A DNA stretch of 64,000 bases from Camelus ferus. Its lineage: Eukaryota. The position numbers and the translations under genes were made by a program. Location of the stretch: contig NC_045698.1 of the NCBI RefSeq assembly GCF_009834535.1, positions 14,882,001 through 14,946,000 on the forward strand. Reading direction: 5' to 3'. Below are positions 13,907-27,619 of the stretch, one piece after another. Under the pieces are notes generated by a model, which had not been told where the DNA came from, searched no databases, and saw only the letters and a program-made list of their open reading frames with translations. Position 1 is the stretch's first letter, and every line of letters begins with the position of its first letter.

Positions 13907-14675
13907 TGTAGTGAGACACTCACTCCATCCAAACTGAGGGATTTTTGCACGAAAATGGTGGGAAGATGTAGGGAAGACCAGAAAAGCAAGTGATATTAGA
14001 ATGTCAAAAAATAATAGGTGTGGATACAGATGGAAAAGGTCATTTGTCTTCCTTACCAAGTGGGGTAATGGGAGAAGGTAACCTTGTAGGGTGTTCTAGC
14101 AGCAACCTCAAGCAACAGAGGGGGAGCTAGAGTTAACACTTCTCAACCACTCAACAAGTGTGCTGTAGAAGGAATCCAGCTGTCCCTCCAAGCCATCTGG
14201 GGAGAGGTGAGAGGTATCTGAGGCTGGAAGGCAAGCTGACCAGAAGGTTTACAAAGATGAAAGAAGTGGAGGGCAGTACTGTGGTTCTTCAGCTAAAATC
14301 TATAGGATGGTCATCCTGGCCTGAGGATAGCTGGATTGTTGCTGTTGGGTATCAAGTGGAGGTAAATGAACGGGAGCACCGCTGGGCCTTCCTCAAACCA
14401 AACAAGAACAGAATTTGTGTTACAGCAACTCATGCATTAGCAGTAGACCCCAATGAAATGCCAGGGATAGGATCTTACCAACTCACCAAATAGACTTCAG
14501 CCACAACCCATCAAATAACAAGGCATGTCAGTTTTGCCCTTGAATACATTTATCTTCTCACTAGGTATAGCCTTAAAATTGAGACTGGTAATAATACAGT
14601 CAATGATCAGCATCTAAGCACCTGCTGTCCTGGAAAGAAAGAGGGTAAACACACTTATATAACATTTAATATCAC
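13907..14675 (+). mobile_element. Possible ancient LTR (Gypsy-type mammalian LTR?)
   Basis: TG...CA-bounded, purine-rich ~770-bp block that is more GC-rich than its flanks. The family assignment is a guess. Confidence 0.25.
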
Positions 14676-16907
14676 AATCCTATCTATTTTGTATTTCTGC
14701 TTTTGGCTAAGCCCTCTTCTGAGTAACACATTCTTTTTTTAGATGTGTTAATAGTTATAATCAGGTTATTGTCAAGTTCTGCTGGCCTGGAAGCTCTCTG
14801 CTCTTGAGATGGATGCATAGCTATTCTCAACTCCATTATGAGTTTAAAAGTTTCACTGTCAGGGAACAATCTTTCCACTGTATTTTCAAGTTAGCCTTTC
14901 AAAGGGTAGATTTACTTTTGAGTTATTTGTAATATATAATAGAAAATAATAATTACAGTTTTCCTATTTTTCATATACTTAAACATTTAAAGAATAATTT
15001 TTTTTACATATTTTTAAAGAACTCAAGAATTTTTAAAACTTTTTTTTTCAGGAAGCTAATTTAAAAGAATTTAAAAGAATTCTAAGTTTTGACATAAATG
15101 AACTAGTGGCTCTGCAAAACTTGTCAATGTTTGTCACAAAGGGATAAATGTTAGGAAAATTATAGAATCAATGGGACCTCACTGCATTGTTCTTTGTTTG
15201 GATAGTTTTATTTTAAAAATCAACAAAGTTAGTGAGACAAAGGTTTTGCCTTTGGGGGTCACAAAGTTGAATTTTATATGGTTCATAGAATTAGTGCAGT
15301 GAAAAGGGAAATTATTTACCAATTCTCAAAGAGAGGATTATTTACCAACATTTTAAACACTTGAGATTCCACATAAGAAGTCAGGTGTTCTACTTCTTAA
15401 ATTCTGAGTTGAATTGCTTACTGGATGGTAAGACAACTTCAACTGAGTAGCATTAAGAGAAAAAAATAAGTGTTTCTTCTCTGTAGTCATTCACCGTTCA
15501 AAGTGCAAAAGTAAGAGTAAACAGAGAGAGATATACATTTTAAGGAAAAATGAAAGAGTATATCTCTTAGTCTAACTAAAGAATATTCCAAGGTTACTGC
15601 TCCAATTTGCTAAAGCAAGACGTTTTGTGACACCACTGTCAGCCATTTTCTCATTTATGTTCCCTAACCTGCCTCTGCAAGGCATGTCAGTGTGCAATTC
15701 TTGCCATAATTCATGTTTACTTGTGTTAGCACGTGTGATCTTACTGACTGGCTTGTAATCTTGTGGTACTAAGTGCTTATCAAGTTCTACTCTGTCAAGG
15801 TCAACACAGGGAGTACCACCCTGATGAAGATGTGTCAAGGTAATGTGACAGTAGGCCATTAACCTCAATAGTAACTTTAGTGAAATGTCACTACAGAAGT
15901 TTAGTGATGTCATTACCTACATGAATATCAGAGTAGCTGACTATGAAATGATGAGTGTATCTTATTAAAGATAATATCTTCCTGGACATACAAGTCCTCA
16001 AAATCTGCAGCTACTATATGTCACTGAAATTTTAAGTGTTTGATTTAAGCAATGGCTAATCTGAAATTCTGGGGCAAAAATTTAAAGAAAGCCATGATAC
16101 CAGCACAGCTTAGTTAGTATCTTGTGCATTAAATGGAAGAATGACTGAATGAGAGAAATACAGTAAGCTTTGGCCCTAGGGGTCACATATGTGACTAAAT
16201 TTCTGAAGCACACCTAGATATTTAATTTGTTTTAAGAAAAATCCATAAATTCCTCAAGTAACATTTTATTTTGAAATTCACATGTTCTAGGTAAAAGGGA
16301 TATTCCCAGTGAAAAACAGATTCAAATGAGAATTTAAAAAGCTACATTTTTAAGAAAATGCATGTAAAATGTACACTGTTATGAATATTCTATTTGGTAA
16401 ACTACAGAATAAAATGTATTGTCAAAGGATAGTTGAATTTAATAAAGATGCATTTTTAAAAAATTATACAAAATAATAATTTTATCTCTTGTGTTTATAA
16501 ATTTAACTCTTGTCAAGGATGCTCTGTTTAGTATTTGGAATGTGTGTTTTAGGTGCTTTTTATTTTTTGTATAAAATCGACTCTTCCTATGTCCGATTTG
16601 TATAAAATTTCCAGATAGCTAAACACATGATATTTCAAGTGCTTAACTTTCCATGTTGTTTTTCTTTGGATGATAAGGCTGTTGAACCCACCTTTTATAA
16701 ATGTGTTGTTTGACAAACAATTGAAAATATATATCAGGTTTCATTAACATATATACAAATACATTTTCTGTAATATACTTGGACATAAATTCTTAAGCAA
16801 GCACAATTTCTTTCACTACAACTTTTAACTCTGGGAAATCATTCATTGTAATCTGATAAATGGATTGTAAACAAAAATATAATCCAGTTCTTTTAATGAA
16901 CCTCCAT

Positions 16908-17831
16908 TTTGTTGAATTGAATATAGTTTATTTACAATGTTGTGTTACTTTCAGGTGTACAGTAAAGTTATTCAGTTATGTATATACATATTTATATATA
17001 ATCTTTTTCAGATACTTTTCCATATAGGTTATTACAAGATATTGAATATAGTTTCCTGTGCAAATCAGTAGGTCCTTGCTGTTTATCTGTTTTACATATA
17101 GTAGTATGTATATGTTAATCCCAAACTCCTAATTTATCCCTCACCCATCTTTTTACCCTTTGTTAACCATAGTTTGCTTTCTGTCTGTGAGTCTATTTCT
17201 GGTTTGTAAATAAGTTCATTTGTATCATTTTTTTAATATTCCACATATAAGTGATATTTGTCTTTGTCTGACTCACTTCACTTAATATGGTAATTTCTAG
17301 GTCCATCCATGTTGCTGCAAATGGCATTATTTTTTATTTTTTATGGCTGAGAAACATTCCACAGTATGGAACACAGACACACACACACACACACACAGAC
17401 CCCACATTTTCTTTATCTGTTCATCTGTTGATGGACATTTAGGTTGCTTCCATGCCTTGACTATTGTAAATAGTGCTGCCATGAACATTGGGGTGCATGA
17501 ATCTTTTCAAATTAGACTTTTCTCCAGATATATGCCCAGGAGTAGGATTGCAGGATCATGCAGTAACTCTATTTTTAGTTAATTAAAGAACCTCCATACT
17601 GTTCTGCATAATGGCTACATCAGCTTACATTCCTACCAACAGTGTAGGAAGGTTCCCTTTTCTCCACCCCTTCTCCAGCATTTATTTATTATTTGTAGAC
17701 TTTTTAATGGTGGCCATTCTCACTAGTGTGAGGTGATACCTTATTGAAGTTTTGATTTATATTTCTCTAATAATTAGCAATATTGAGTGTCTTTTCATGT
17801 GCCAGGTGCCATCTGTATATCTTCTTTGGAG
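16908..17831 (-). mobile_element. 5'-truncated L1 (ORF2 C-terminus plus 3'UTR)
   Basis: Antisense L1 hallmarks (gtaaatagtgctgccatgaacattggggtgcatg; cattcctaccaacagtgtagg). TSD TG(A/G)ACCTCCAT at 16897-16907 and 17832-17842. Confidence 0.9.
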
Positions 17832-18224
17832 TGGACCTCCATGTTTTTATTGTTCTACATTATAAACACTTAAATAATGAAGCACTGCAATGGAATATTA
17901 GAAGTTATCTTCTTTAATCACTGTATTTATTGGCACAAAAACACACACATTAAAAAAAAAAGCCACAGAGAAATTGAGAGATGTAATAGATGTTAATATA
18001 GCAGTACTGAAACTTAAAATATTTCAACTCCATATGGCACAAAAAAACTTGCATTACAGAGGCCTTGCACAGAGGCCTTGTTATTGATAAAATAACAGTG
18101 TCATCATTAAAAATATCCCCTTGATTGACTTGAGATTAAGTCTCATGACTTTCATGTAATGTGTATTTCTTGGTTCTTTTTTTCTGAAATCCAGTGGCCC
18201 AGGAAGTGCTTCACTCAGTATTAC

Positions 18225-19558
18225 TTTTCTTTTCTTTTTATTTAAGTTTATCTCTGTGACTAATATCTCCTCTTTTCTTCTCCAACCCCAGTCCTTAGTA
18301 ACTATCATTCTACTCTCTGTTTCTAGGAGATTGGCTTTTTTAAGATTCCACATATCAGTGATATTGTACATGTCTGTCTTTCTCTGTCTGACTTATTTTA
18401 CTTAGCATAATGTCTATAACGTCCATCCATGTTGTCACAAATGGCAGGATTCTCTTCTTTCTCATGGCTGAGTAACATTCCATTATACACACACACACAC
18501 ACACATACACACACATATTTTTATTTATGTATCTGTCTCACAACTTCATTATCCATTCATTATACATTTATCAGTTTAAGAGTACTAATTTTTTCTCCAT
18601 ATCTTGGCTATTGTGTACAACGCTATAGTGGACATGGGACTGAAGATATCTCTTTGCAATCCTTATTTCATTTCTTTTGGATATATACACCATAGTGATT
18701 TTGATGAGCATCTTTAGAACAATTGTTTTGAGCTCTCTGTCAGGTAATTTCTGGATCTCCGTTTTTCAGGGGCCAGCTACTGGAAGTTTATTATATTCCT
18801 TTTGTGGAGTCATGTTTCCCTGATTCTTCCTGATCCTTGTAGCCTTACATAAGTGTCTGTGCATTTGAAGAAGCAGACACCTTTTTAGACCTTATGGACT
18901 GACTTAATTATGGGAAGACTCTCACTTGCCGGTGGGGCTGGGGGGGCACACTGGAGCTTGCTATTACCCTGGGTCTAGTGGTGCTGCACACCAAATGTGA
19001 GGGCATATGGTGGCACCGAGCCCAGGGTGGCATAATGTCTCTTCAGCTTAGGCTGCTGGGTTCCACAGTATTAACAAATGTATAGTCCTTGATGGGTACT
19101 GCATAACATCCATAGTGGCACCAAGGACTGTTGGGTTCTCAGAAGCTCCTCCAAGTACAACAGCTAGGAACCAGACCAGGCAGTGGTGGTGGCCAGACAG
19201 TCTTGTATACACATGTGACTGCAGGTCCCACTCTTAGGTGTCTGAGTAGTGGTAGGTGCTAGGTGCAGACACCCACGTAGTGGGAGGGACCAGGGCAGAA
19301 AACACGGTCCTGGGTCGACTCCTGGCACACTGGTAACTGGGGGGGCTCTGGTTGTCCAAGCATGTTACCATGGCTGCTGAGTCTTGCCGTAGTTTCATGG
19401 CAGTGGATGCAGGTGACAAGGGTCAGACCAGGGTCATGCAAATACACAGCTTGGGAGTTAGCTACAGGTGAGTGCAGTGGTGTAGGCTTGAGACTAAAGA
19501 TAGAGCCTGATCTGAGCCTGCAAGCAGCTGCAGGGCCCTGACTGCCAGGCATGTTTTC
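18225..19558 (-). mobile_element. Older L1 (L1MA-like); 3' end joined directly to ORF1 start/5' region
   Basis: 18225-18695 is antisense 3'UTR and ORF2 end. From ~18696 the sequence reads antisense ORF1 N-terminus (gagcatctttagaacaattgttttgagctctctgtcagg), then GC-richer 5'UTR-like sequence. Confidence 0.6.
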
Positions 19559-19990
19559 TGTCAATCAGAAACAAAGGCAAAAACAAAATCAAAAGTGTGC
19601 AAAGAGAAAAAGAGTTTGTTTGGGGTCTTAGGAACTGCAATTCAGGAGGCACAGGTTTGAGTAGCAACTCAGATGTTTTCTGAGGAAAGTTAAAAATGGC
19701 AGAGGTTTATAAAGACAATGGAAAAAGACATTACAGAGAAGTTATATAGATTGTTTTGCAGAATGATAATTGGTGGCAGAAGGCATTCAGTTACTTCTCA
19801 GCAACTGTTGTAGTTGCTATGCCAAGGTTTCCAGGGAGAGAAGAAAAGGAGTTCCGAGTGGCCTGTCGTTCGCCTAGTCAGAAGGTTATGTTGCATCTGG
19901 GTGTGGATGTGTATAAGTTCTACTTCCCCAGTAGCCTCCTGGCACCATTTTTAGATCCTTTTGACATAAGTGACTCCATTTTATTTTTCA
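19559..19990 (-). mobile_element. Solo ERV1-class LTR
   Basis: TG...CA bounded (tgtcaatcag...gactccattttatttttca), with gaactgcaattcaggaggcacag. About 430 bp. Confidence 0.55.
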
Positions 19991-21851
19991 TGGTATATAT
20001 CTTCCTCAGTTGCACTGTCTACTTCCTAGTTTCTGTATGGGAGTTCTTCCAAATCATGATTCAAGACACCTTGATCACCCCAGCAAATAAAAGTAGAGAG
20101 TCTAGAAATTAATGTGTCAATAGCCTTCCATCCCATCTTGGATTCTCAGCTTCATTCCTAGTAATTTCTAGCTTTATAACTTGGAATTTCTCTATTCCAA
20201 TGGTCCTAAAACTTTAGCATTCCCTTTTTTGTTTTCCCTGCAAGATTTCTTTCTTCAAGATTTGAGTCATGTTGTGCCTTTATTTAACATTCAATAGATG
20301 ATTACACTGTTACTATAGGTTACAATAGCCCTGGAGGAAGATGTCTTCTGCTCTCCCAAATCTGCCTGGAAACTCAATGATGAGACTTGTTCTATCACAC
20401 TAGGCTCCCTTAATCCATTATTTAAACTTGGTTTTAAAAATTATATGTCTAGTCTTACTCAGTGTTTGCACATTATAACATATATTTTTCTATTCTCATG
20501 AAATGCAGCCTCCTTACAACAGAAATACAATAATGAAATAATTCATTTTGCCATATTAGTAATGTTAAAATTCAATTTTTCTTACAGAAATAAGCGGACA
20601 GTCAAGAATTACTATTAATGGGAGGACCATGTATTAATTATTTCTTGAATTTAGAATGCTAGTGAATCCATACATATAAATAAAGAATTGAAATGACTTG
20701 AAATAAGAAGGCAATGTAGTAAGTTTATTGTCAACTGTAATTCAAAATCCTAAGGGGGAAAATTCAAAGGAAAAATAAGTTTTTGGTTTACTTTAGTTAC
20801 TAGATTGTGTTAAAATTTTAGGAAAATGACCACCTTAAATATGATTACAACTTGAAATTTGCAGGTTTGGAAAATTAGCATTAATGTTTGTTCTACTGGC
20901 AATTAGTGTCAAGTTTAAATACAGATGGTGTGTTGTTAGTCTGTGAAATTTGGGGCTGTCTTTCAAGTAGTAAAACAAATCAACAATGTTGATTACTATA
21001 TAATTGAATATCTGCAATTTCATTTGCCTTGAAACGTGTTTACTACCATTAATGCTTATTGACAAATTTGTTATCAACTTATGACTCTGAGCCTCTGTAG
21101 TTATTTGAAGGACAGAACACCATCTGATAGTCTTACAAAAGATTAAGGGTGACTTTACTTGAATGAATGCAATATTCTAGCATAAAGTAAATTGCTCACA
21201 GTGTTTTAATTTCCTTAGGTATTAAAGGCTGAAATTATTTTCAGAAAACCAAAATTCACTTAAATAAACACTGCAATGTTGCCTGATCCCCATTTCCGCC
21301 CGCCCATACATTTTTACATAAGACTGTTCACACTTTTTTAAAAATTCTATTTAAACATTACTTTTGTTGGTATTTTTTAGTATTAAAAATAAAATAAGAG
21401 TTTGTTTCTTACAATCTCTAAATATATGTGAAGGAAAACAAACATATAAATGATTGAGGAGGCATCACTGGATAAGTGGCAAAGGTGGTCTTAAAGAAAT
21501 AAGGTAATCAGAGTTAATGTCTCTTTCCTCCCATCATGAAAGTAACTAATATTATAGTATAAAACTTTATAATTTATTTAAATAGTTGGTGTATATATTT
21601 ATAACTGATGCCTATATTAGTAAACTAGTTTTATCATTCATTTGAAATCTGGTGTACCATGACATTAAATTACTTAAGTGGAGCTTTGTTCTACCAAATA
21701 CTTGAATCACATGATACCTCAAGTTTTTAAGAATAAATCGTTTAACTAACAAGTTGATCTAGTCACTCAATTCTAGCTAATCATCAAAAATCCATGAGTC
21801 AATGGCAGTTTTCATTTTAAACATAAACTTCATGTGGGAAATAATGCTACA

Positions 21852-22018
21852 CAGTTGTCCTTTGGTATCCCCGGGCATTGGTTCCAGGACTACTGCAGAT
21901 ACCAAACTCTGTGGATGCTCAAGTCACTTACATAAAATGGTGCGGTACATTCAGTTCTCCATATCTGCACTTTGCTCACCCACAGATACAGAACCCCAGG
22001 GATATGTAGGGCAGACTG
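21852..22018. mobile_element. Tigger-derived MITE (MER2/MER8 group), short form
   Basis: Imperfect TIRs cagttgtcctttggtatcccc... and ...gggatatgtagggcagactg. TA target on the right (CA on the left). Internal ttggttccaggac...gataccaaa...ggatgctcaagtc. Confidence 0.8.
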
Positions 22019-22199
22019 TATTCTGTAACACGAGATGTGTTGACAGCATCTGGTGATTGATACTGCTGTTTGCAAGGATTTCCTGATGTTCTCTCTGCCC
22101 ATGAATTAAATAATGACTGAATAGTTATTTAGACAACATACTATAGGTGCTAAAATAATAACTGACTAGTATTTATTACATTCAATATATCATATTATT

Positions 22200-22642
22200 A
22201 AAAGTTTTATGTTAAGAAGATTTGCTGTATGCTAAAAATAAATCCCAAAGATAAAGTGGATGAAAAACATTTTAAGTTTACTTATTGCTCACTTTATGGT
22301 AGTGAGTGGGTAAACAAGATGGCAGGATGGCCTTCTTCCATGTGGCCATTCAGAGATCCAGACTGACAGAGGAATTGCCATCTTCAACACATGGCTTCTG
22401 AAGTTACCCTAGGGCTCATGTCATTTTCTCTCCAGCAAGATGGTAGAAGGGAAGAGTGTATGAAAAGTATTTGAAACAGATCTGGTGATGCAGTTCCTCA
22501 TTTGATCTGATATTCAGTGGGCTAGAACTTAGTCAAATGGCCTCACCTAAGTAAGACAGAAATTGGGAACGTAGGCTAGGTGTATAGCCAGTAATAGGGG
22601 GAAAACATAGATTTTGAATCATAACCACCAATCTCTTTCACA
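22200..22642 (-). mobile_element. Old MaLR LTR (MLT1J/K/L-like)
   Basis: ggccattcagagatccagactgacagagg...gccatcttcaacacatggcttc...ggctagaacttagtcaaatggcc. Ends in CA. Confidence 0.55.
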
Positions 22643-23209
22643 CGTGCTTTCTGTGAATAATCCCATTTAATTATTTCAACATCTCTTTATATCTCTGATT
22701 TGTTGATAAAGTGAAACTTAGAAAATTACATGACATGACCACGCTATATGCTGACTGTGCTAAGGTCGAAGTCTTTCTGACACAAAATACCTCTGTTCTT
22801 TGTTAGGTTAATATTGTTCATTATAATTAATCCTAATTGACTATTTGCATTTGCATTATTGTTCTTATACACAGGAATGTAATGTTTGAATGTATTCTTT
22901 ATAAGAAGAATTTCCATTTCTAATGGTGAATATGCTACATATTTTATTTCACTTATCTATATGTAATGAATATTTGACAATTATATCCTCCCAACCCTCA
23001 AATTCTTTTTCTGTTATTTTATTCGGTTAAAGGTCAAGTTCTGCTATCTCAGCATTGTTTATATTTTCCTTTTTGTGACAGTATTTCATTTTCTCAAGGA
23101 TAATCCTTGATTTTAAACTGTGATATAACAAAATACAAGCAGATTTTTATTTCACGGAGACTCATCCAAGGCTAATGGGCAGAATATTCTCTCTCTCCAG
23201 TGGTTCTTT

Positions 23210-23540
23210 TATTTGTTCATTCTACAAATGCTTTTAGAGCCTCCATTATGCATCAGTCAGTTTTGTGATACAGGAAATAGAATAGTTCATAAAGCATTTA
23301 AAGCCCCTCCCTTCAATGACTGACTTTCCATTCTAGCGGAGAACACAGATTATAAACAAATAAATGTTAGATTACATAATATAATGTCATTCAAATGATC
23401 TGTTGGAACATAAATCAAAGAAGGCAGGTAATTGTTTAATATTTTTACCAAAAATATACCATTTTAGCTAAACTCATCAGTGAAGTCTTTTGTCAAAATT
23501 TGGCATTTGAGCATGAACCTGAATGAAATATAGATAAATG
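23210..23540 (-). mobile_element. L2 remnant
   Basis: ttcattctacaaatgcttttagagcctcc terminus, and tggcatttgagcatgaacctgaatga. Confidence 0.45.
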
Positions 23541-25369
23541 GGAACTACTATATTTACTAATACTTTAAACAGAACTTTCTCAAGTGGCAAGTAAGCAATT
23601 ATGGAGTTTGGCTGAGTTTTGTGATAAATTACAGAATGGATGAACTTTAGGAAACAGATTTGTAATGAGTGGTGGCTTCATGTGATGGAAAGGTTAATGG
23701 GATTTGTTGATGTAGAAGCAGGTGATGCTTGCTGTACCTCTAACCTGGAGGCAGAGGTGAACCAAGTAAAATTGCAGATGATTAAATTTTACCTATGACT
23801 TTATGATATGATTAGATATGGGTTCCTGTGCATGGATATTCATAAGTGACCAAATAACTGAGAATGTAATTATTTTATGGCATAAATAAACCAAAGTGGA
23901 TCTACATTGCCAAGAGAAGTTCTGTATTTTCACACATAATGTTATTATTCCCTGAACACTACAACTTTCATAACAGTATTTTCTTTATAATTAATGTTGG
24001 TTGACTTCTTACATTGTAGATCATTAATTAAAAAAAAGATGACTGGATTCATTAAACAAATAAAACATGGCCATAATATGATATGTATATCAAGTGATAC
24101 TTCCAAATTTTATAGGGTTTGCATCTATTGACCATCTCCTCATAAAGGCTCTGTAGAATAAACCATTATTTATGAAAAGGAAGGCTTCCTAATTTCTGCT
24201 CATGGAGGTTAGGTAAACTTAGCTAGAAGTACCAGGGATCAAGAAGATCAATTGATTTTATGTTAAATCAGTTTTATAGGTTGGAAGGATTCAAGGTTAG
24301 GGTTGGAGAAATAGTGTAAAGCTCAGATTTTGAGACTACCATTTAAAATCATCAGAAAGAACGTAAGTGGCAAGACATCGGAAATCAGAGAGGTTTTGAA
24401 ATGAAATTTGAAGTGAATTTAGAGTCATAAATAAAGCAAAAAGTGGATGCAGTTTTATTGGCTGTTACTGGCATTCACAAGTAGAAATAGCAACTGAAAT
24501 AAAACCCAAGAAGAGTTTATATTTTATACCAATTGTAATTTCTAGCATCTAGCAGTTTACAATACATAGTAGGCATACACATATCTTTATTAGAATGAAC
24601 TAAATTGTCTTGTCGATACCTACTCTTGGCATTGTTATTCTTAAGTACCTAAAAAGCAAAGTCAATCATTCATAAAAAGCCCAACCACAAACAGAAAAAA
24701 AAAAAAAAAAAAAGTGAAAATGTGAAGTTGTGACTGAAGTAGATTTTTAGATATTATAAGAAAGGATACAACTTTTCTCAATCCTATGTTAATTCAGTTG
24801 AAAGCATATGTATATGCACATATTTATTATTGTGGAAAACTTAAAACATATGCAAAAAAGAAAGTACATATATATATTTAATGGATTCAGCACCTATCTT
24901 TAGGAATAGTCAACTTTTTTCACAAGTATTTTCATTTGCACTACTTCTAATTTTATTTATTTATTTTTCATGTTGTATCAGATCAGATCAGATATTTAAA
25001 GCAAATCTTGGACATCATGCCTTTCCATCCAAAATATTTTATTACACGTCTCTAAACATTGCAGGTCTTTTTTTTATTATAAATTGTACCTTGTTATTAT
25101 CACACCCAAGAAAATTTGCAATATTTCCTTAATATCATTTACTACCCAAAATAAATATGCTTATTTGTCTCAAAATTGTATTATTTTAATCTTTCTCCAA
25201 CCCTAGCCTTGAATCCTTCCAACCTGTAAATATGCCACATGTTGCAATGGCTTGTTGTCTTGTAAGTCTCTTGCAAACTGTAATAACTTATTAAGATCAA
25301 GTTATTTGTCCTGTAGAAAACAACCTGCTTTACATTGGACTGATGGCTTCTTTCTGGTGAGATAGTGAA

Positions 25370-25645
25370 AAAATAGGAAATAATGCACATTTTGGGCTTT
25401 GTAGGCTAACTCTACCTTTATAGCATGAAACAGCCCTGAGTGATACTTGGATGAGTAGGGCTGCAGTCTAAAAAACTATTTATGGATGTCGATAATTAAA
25501 TTTTATATAATTTTCACATGCCACAGAATATTATTATTTTTTAAATATTTTTAACCATTTAAAATGTAAAATTCTCATTTTTGCTTGCGTATTAGACAAA
25601 ATAATTCCCTGGGGAGCCATTTCCGTTGCTACTGCCTTATCCCTT
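25370..25645 (+). mobile_element. MER58B-like hAT-Charlie MITE
   Basis: tttgggctttgtaggc...tatttatggatg...atataattttcacatgccacagaatattatt...aaccatttaaaatgtaaaa follows the MER58B consensus as I recall it. Confidence 0.65.
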
Positions 25646-26037
25646 TATATTCTATAATCTGATCATTGAATTTAAAAGCTGGATAAGATTTTGATCATGT
25701 TTTGGGACAGAGCATTTCATATACACCATAATATTATTCAATGAAATCATAAGGTGCCCAATGTCTTGATATCCCTTTTTAGTAATGCTGATTATGGTCT
25801 GTCTGATTCCTCTGTTACAGACTTCCCATAAACCTTTCATTTAATGACATTAGTTTCTATTGATGACTATTGTCTTCATTGTTTCCTTTGAGTAAATAAG
25901 TTAGTGATTTTCTGATACCATCTTTTTTTTCTGCATTTATTAATAAGAATTCCCCCCCCAAAAATTTAAAAATTGCTATATTAATCATTTGGTAATCTTA
26001 CCATTAATTCTAGGTTACCATTATTTCTCTTTAAAGG

Positions 26038-26262
26038 TGTATTTTTATTTTTTTAATTGAAGTATAACTTCTGTACAATATTATATAAGTTACAGGTATA
26101 CAGGATAGTGATTTCACCATTTGTAAAGGTTATTCTCAATTTATAGCTATTATAAAATACTGGCTATATTCCTCATGTTGTGCAATATATCTTTGTAGCT
26201 TGTTTTATGTCTAACAGTTTGTACCTATTACTCTCCCACCCTTATATTGCCCCTACCCATTC
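26038..26262 (-). mobile_element. 5'-truncated L1 3' end
   Basis: T-tail followed by aattgaagtataactt...ttataaaatactggctatattcc. Confidence 0.75.
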
Positions 26263-27619
26263 CTAAATGGAAGTTTCTAGATTCAATGTCTGGAGAGCTG
26301 CTATAAATCACATGGGCTTCGTTATTAATTATTTGGGTCTTATGACTAATATTGACACAGTGTTTTAATAATAACATTCTCTTAATACTCTGAAAAATAA
26401 ACATCCTTAGGTCTAATGACATCGAATTAGTGTTTGATTTTAGAGAGTTATGCAACAACAAATCTTGCCTATTTTTACTGAAATAGAGACCTTATTTTGC
26501 TTGGAGTAATTACTGTACTTTATTAGGTTGGTAAACCCTGGCACTGAACACTTTAAAGAGGATGGGATTATTTCATAATTAATAAGGCTTACTCAGATTA
26601 TTTTCCTCTTTCATTGAGCTTTTCCTTCAAGCTGCTTAGGAGATTTTGAACATTTAAATTACAAATAAAAATTGATCCTCAAAATCGGCTGTGTTAATTA
26701 AATGAATAAAGAAAATCAATACAAATTGACTAATTTTAACAACTTAAAAAAATAGGCTCAGTGATAGTTTTGCTTTTCAAATAAAATGCATACAGCGTTT
26801 CTAATTGTCTTTATTACTCATGTCATTTTCTATTTTGAGATTATTTTACAACAAAATTCCTATCTGAAAATAGATCTTCATGGCTCAACATATACAAATT
26901 GGATGAAGTTGAACATTTTATTTGTTTTTTTAAAAAGGAGTGAATAAGCTATTCCTTCTCCTTTCAAATTCATTCTCACTCTTTCTGCTCCACATCCCAT
27001 GTCCTCTCTCTTATCCAAGGACATTTCATCAGCAGTTTCTGGTCTGTCACCTGTGTTACCAAAGTGTCAGCACCTACTGTCTCATTTCTGTCAACATGCA
27101 CACATTTTATTATTTCTCTCATGTTACAACAACAAAAAAAGAAATCCCTCTTCCTCTTCTGTCTATGTTTTCATTCATTTCTTCCTATTTCAGGAAAACT
27201 TCTCAATGTTTAGACTCTAGTTCCTGATTCTTTGCTCTCATTCCCTTAAATTCACTCTAGTTAGCATTCCACTCCAGTCCTATATACCTCTATCCAAGAT
27301 CATTGATGACTTCCTCTTAATTGAATTCAGCGTCTAAGTATGAGATCTCAACTCCTTTATCACACTACCATTTCATTAGTTGATCACTCTCTCCTTCTCA
27401 CACTTTTTGATACCTGATGCTTTTTTGTTTTTCCTCTGACTTCATGGCCATTCCTCAGTCTCTTTCCTTGTGTCACAGTATTTTTTCTTGCCATTTATTC
27501 AGTGCATGTCAACTTTACATAATGTTTAAATTCCATTTTTATAATCTCAAATGCCATTATCACTATTTGAAATTCTGCATGCTGTTGCCTACTTCATGCA
27601 TGATTTTTGTTGTGTCCTA

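Noticed and set aside
14158..14493. 111-aa ORF
   Set aside because: Non-ATG start, lies in a probable old LTR, and has no recognisable domain.
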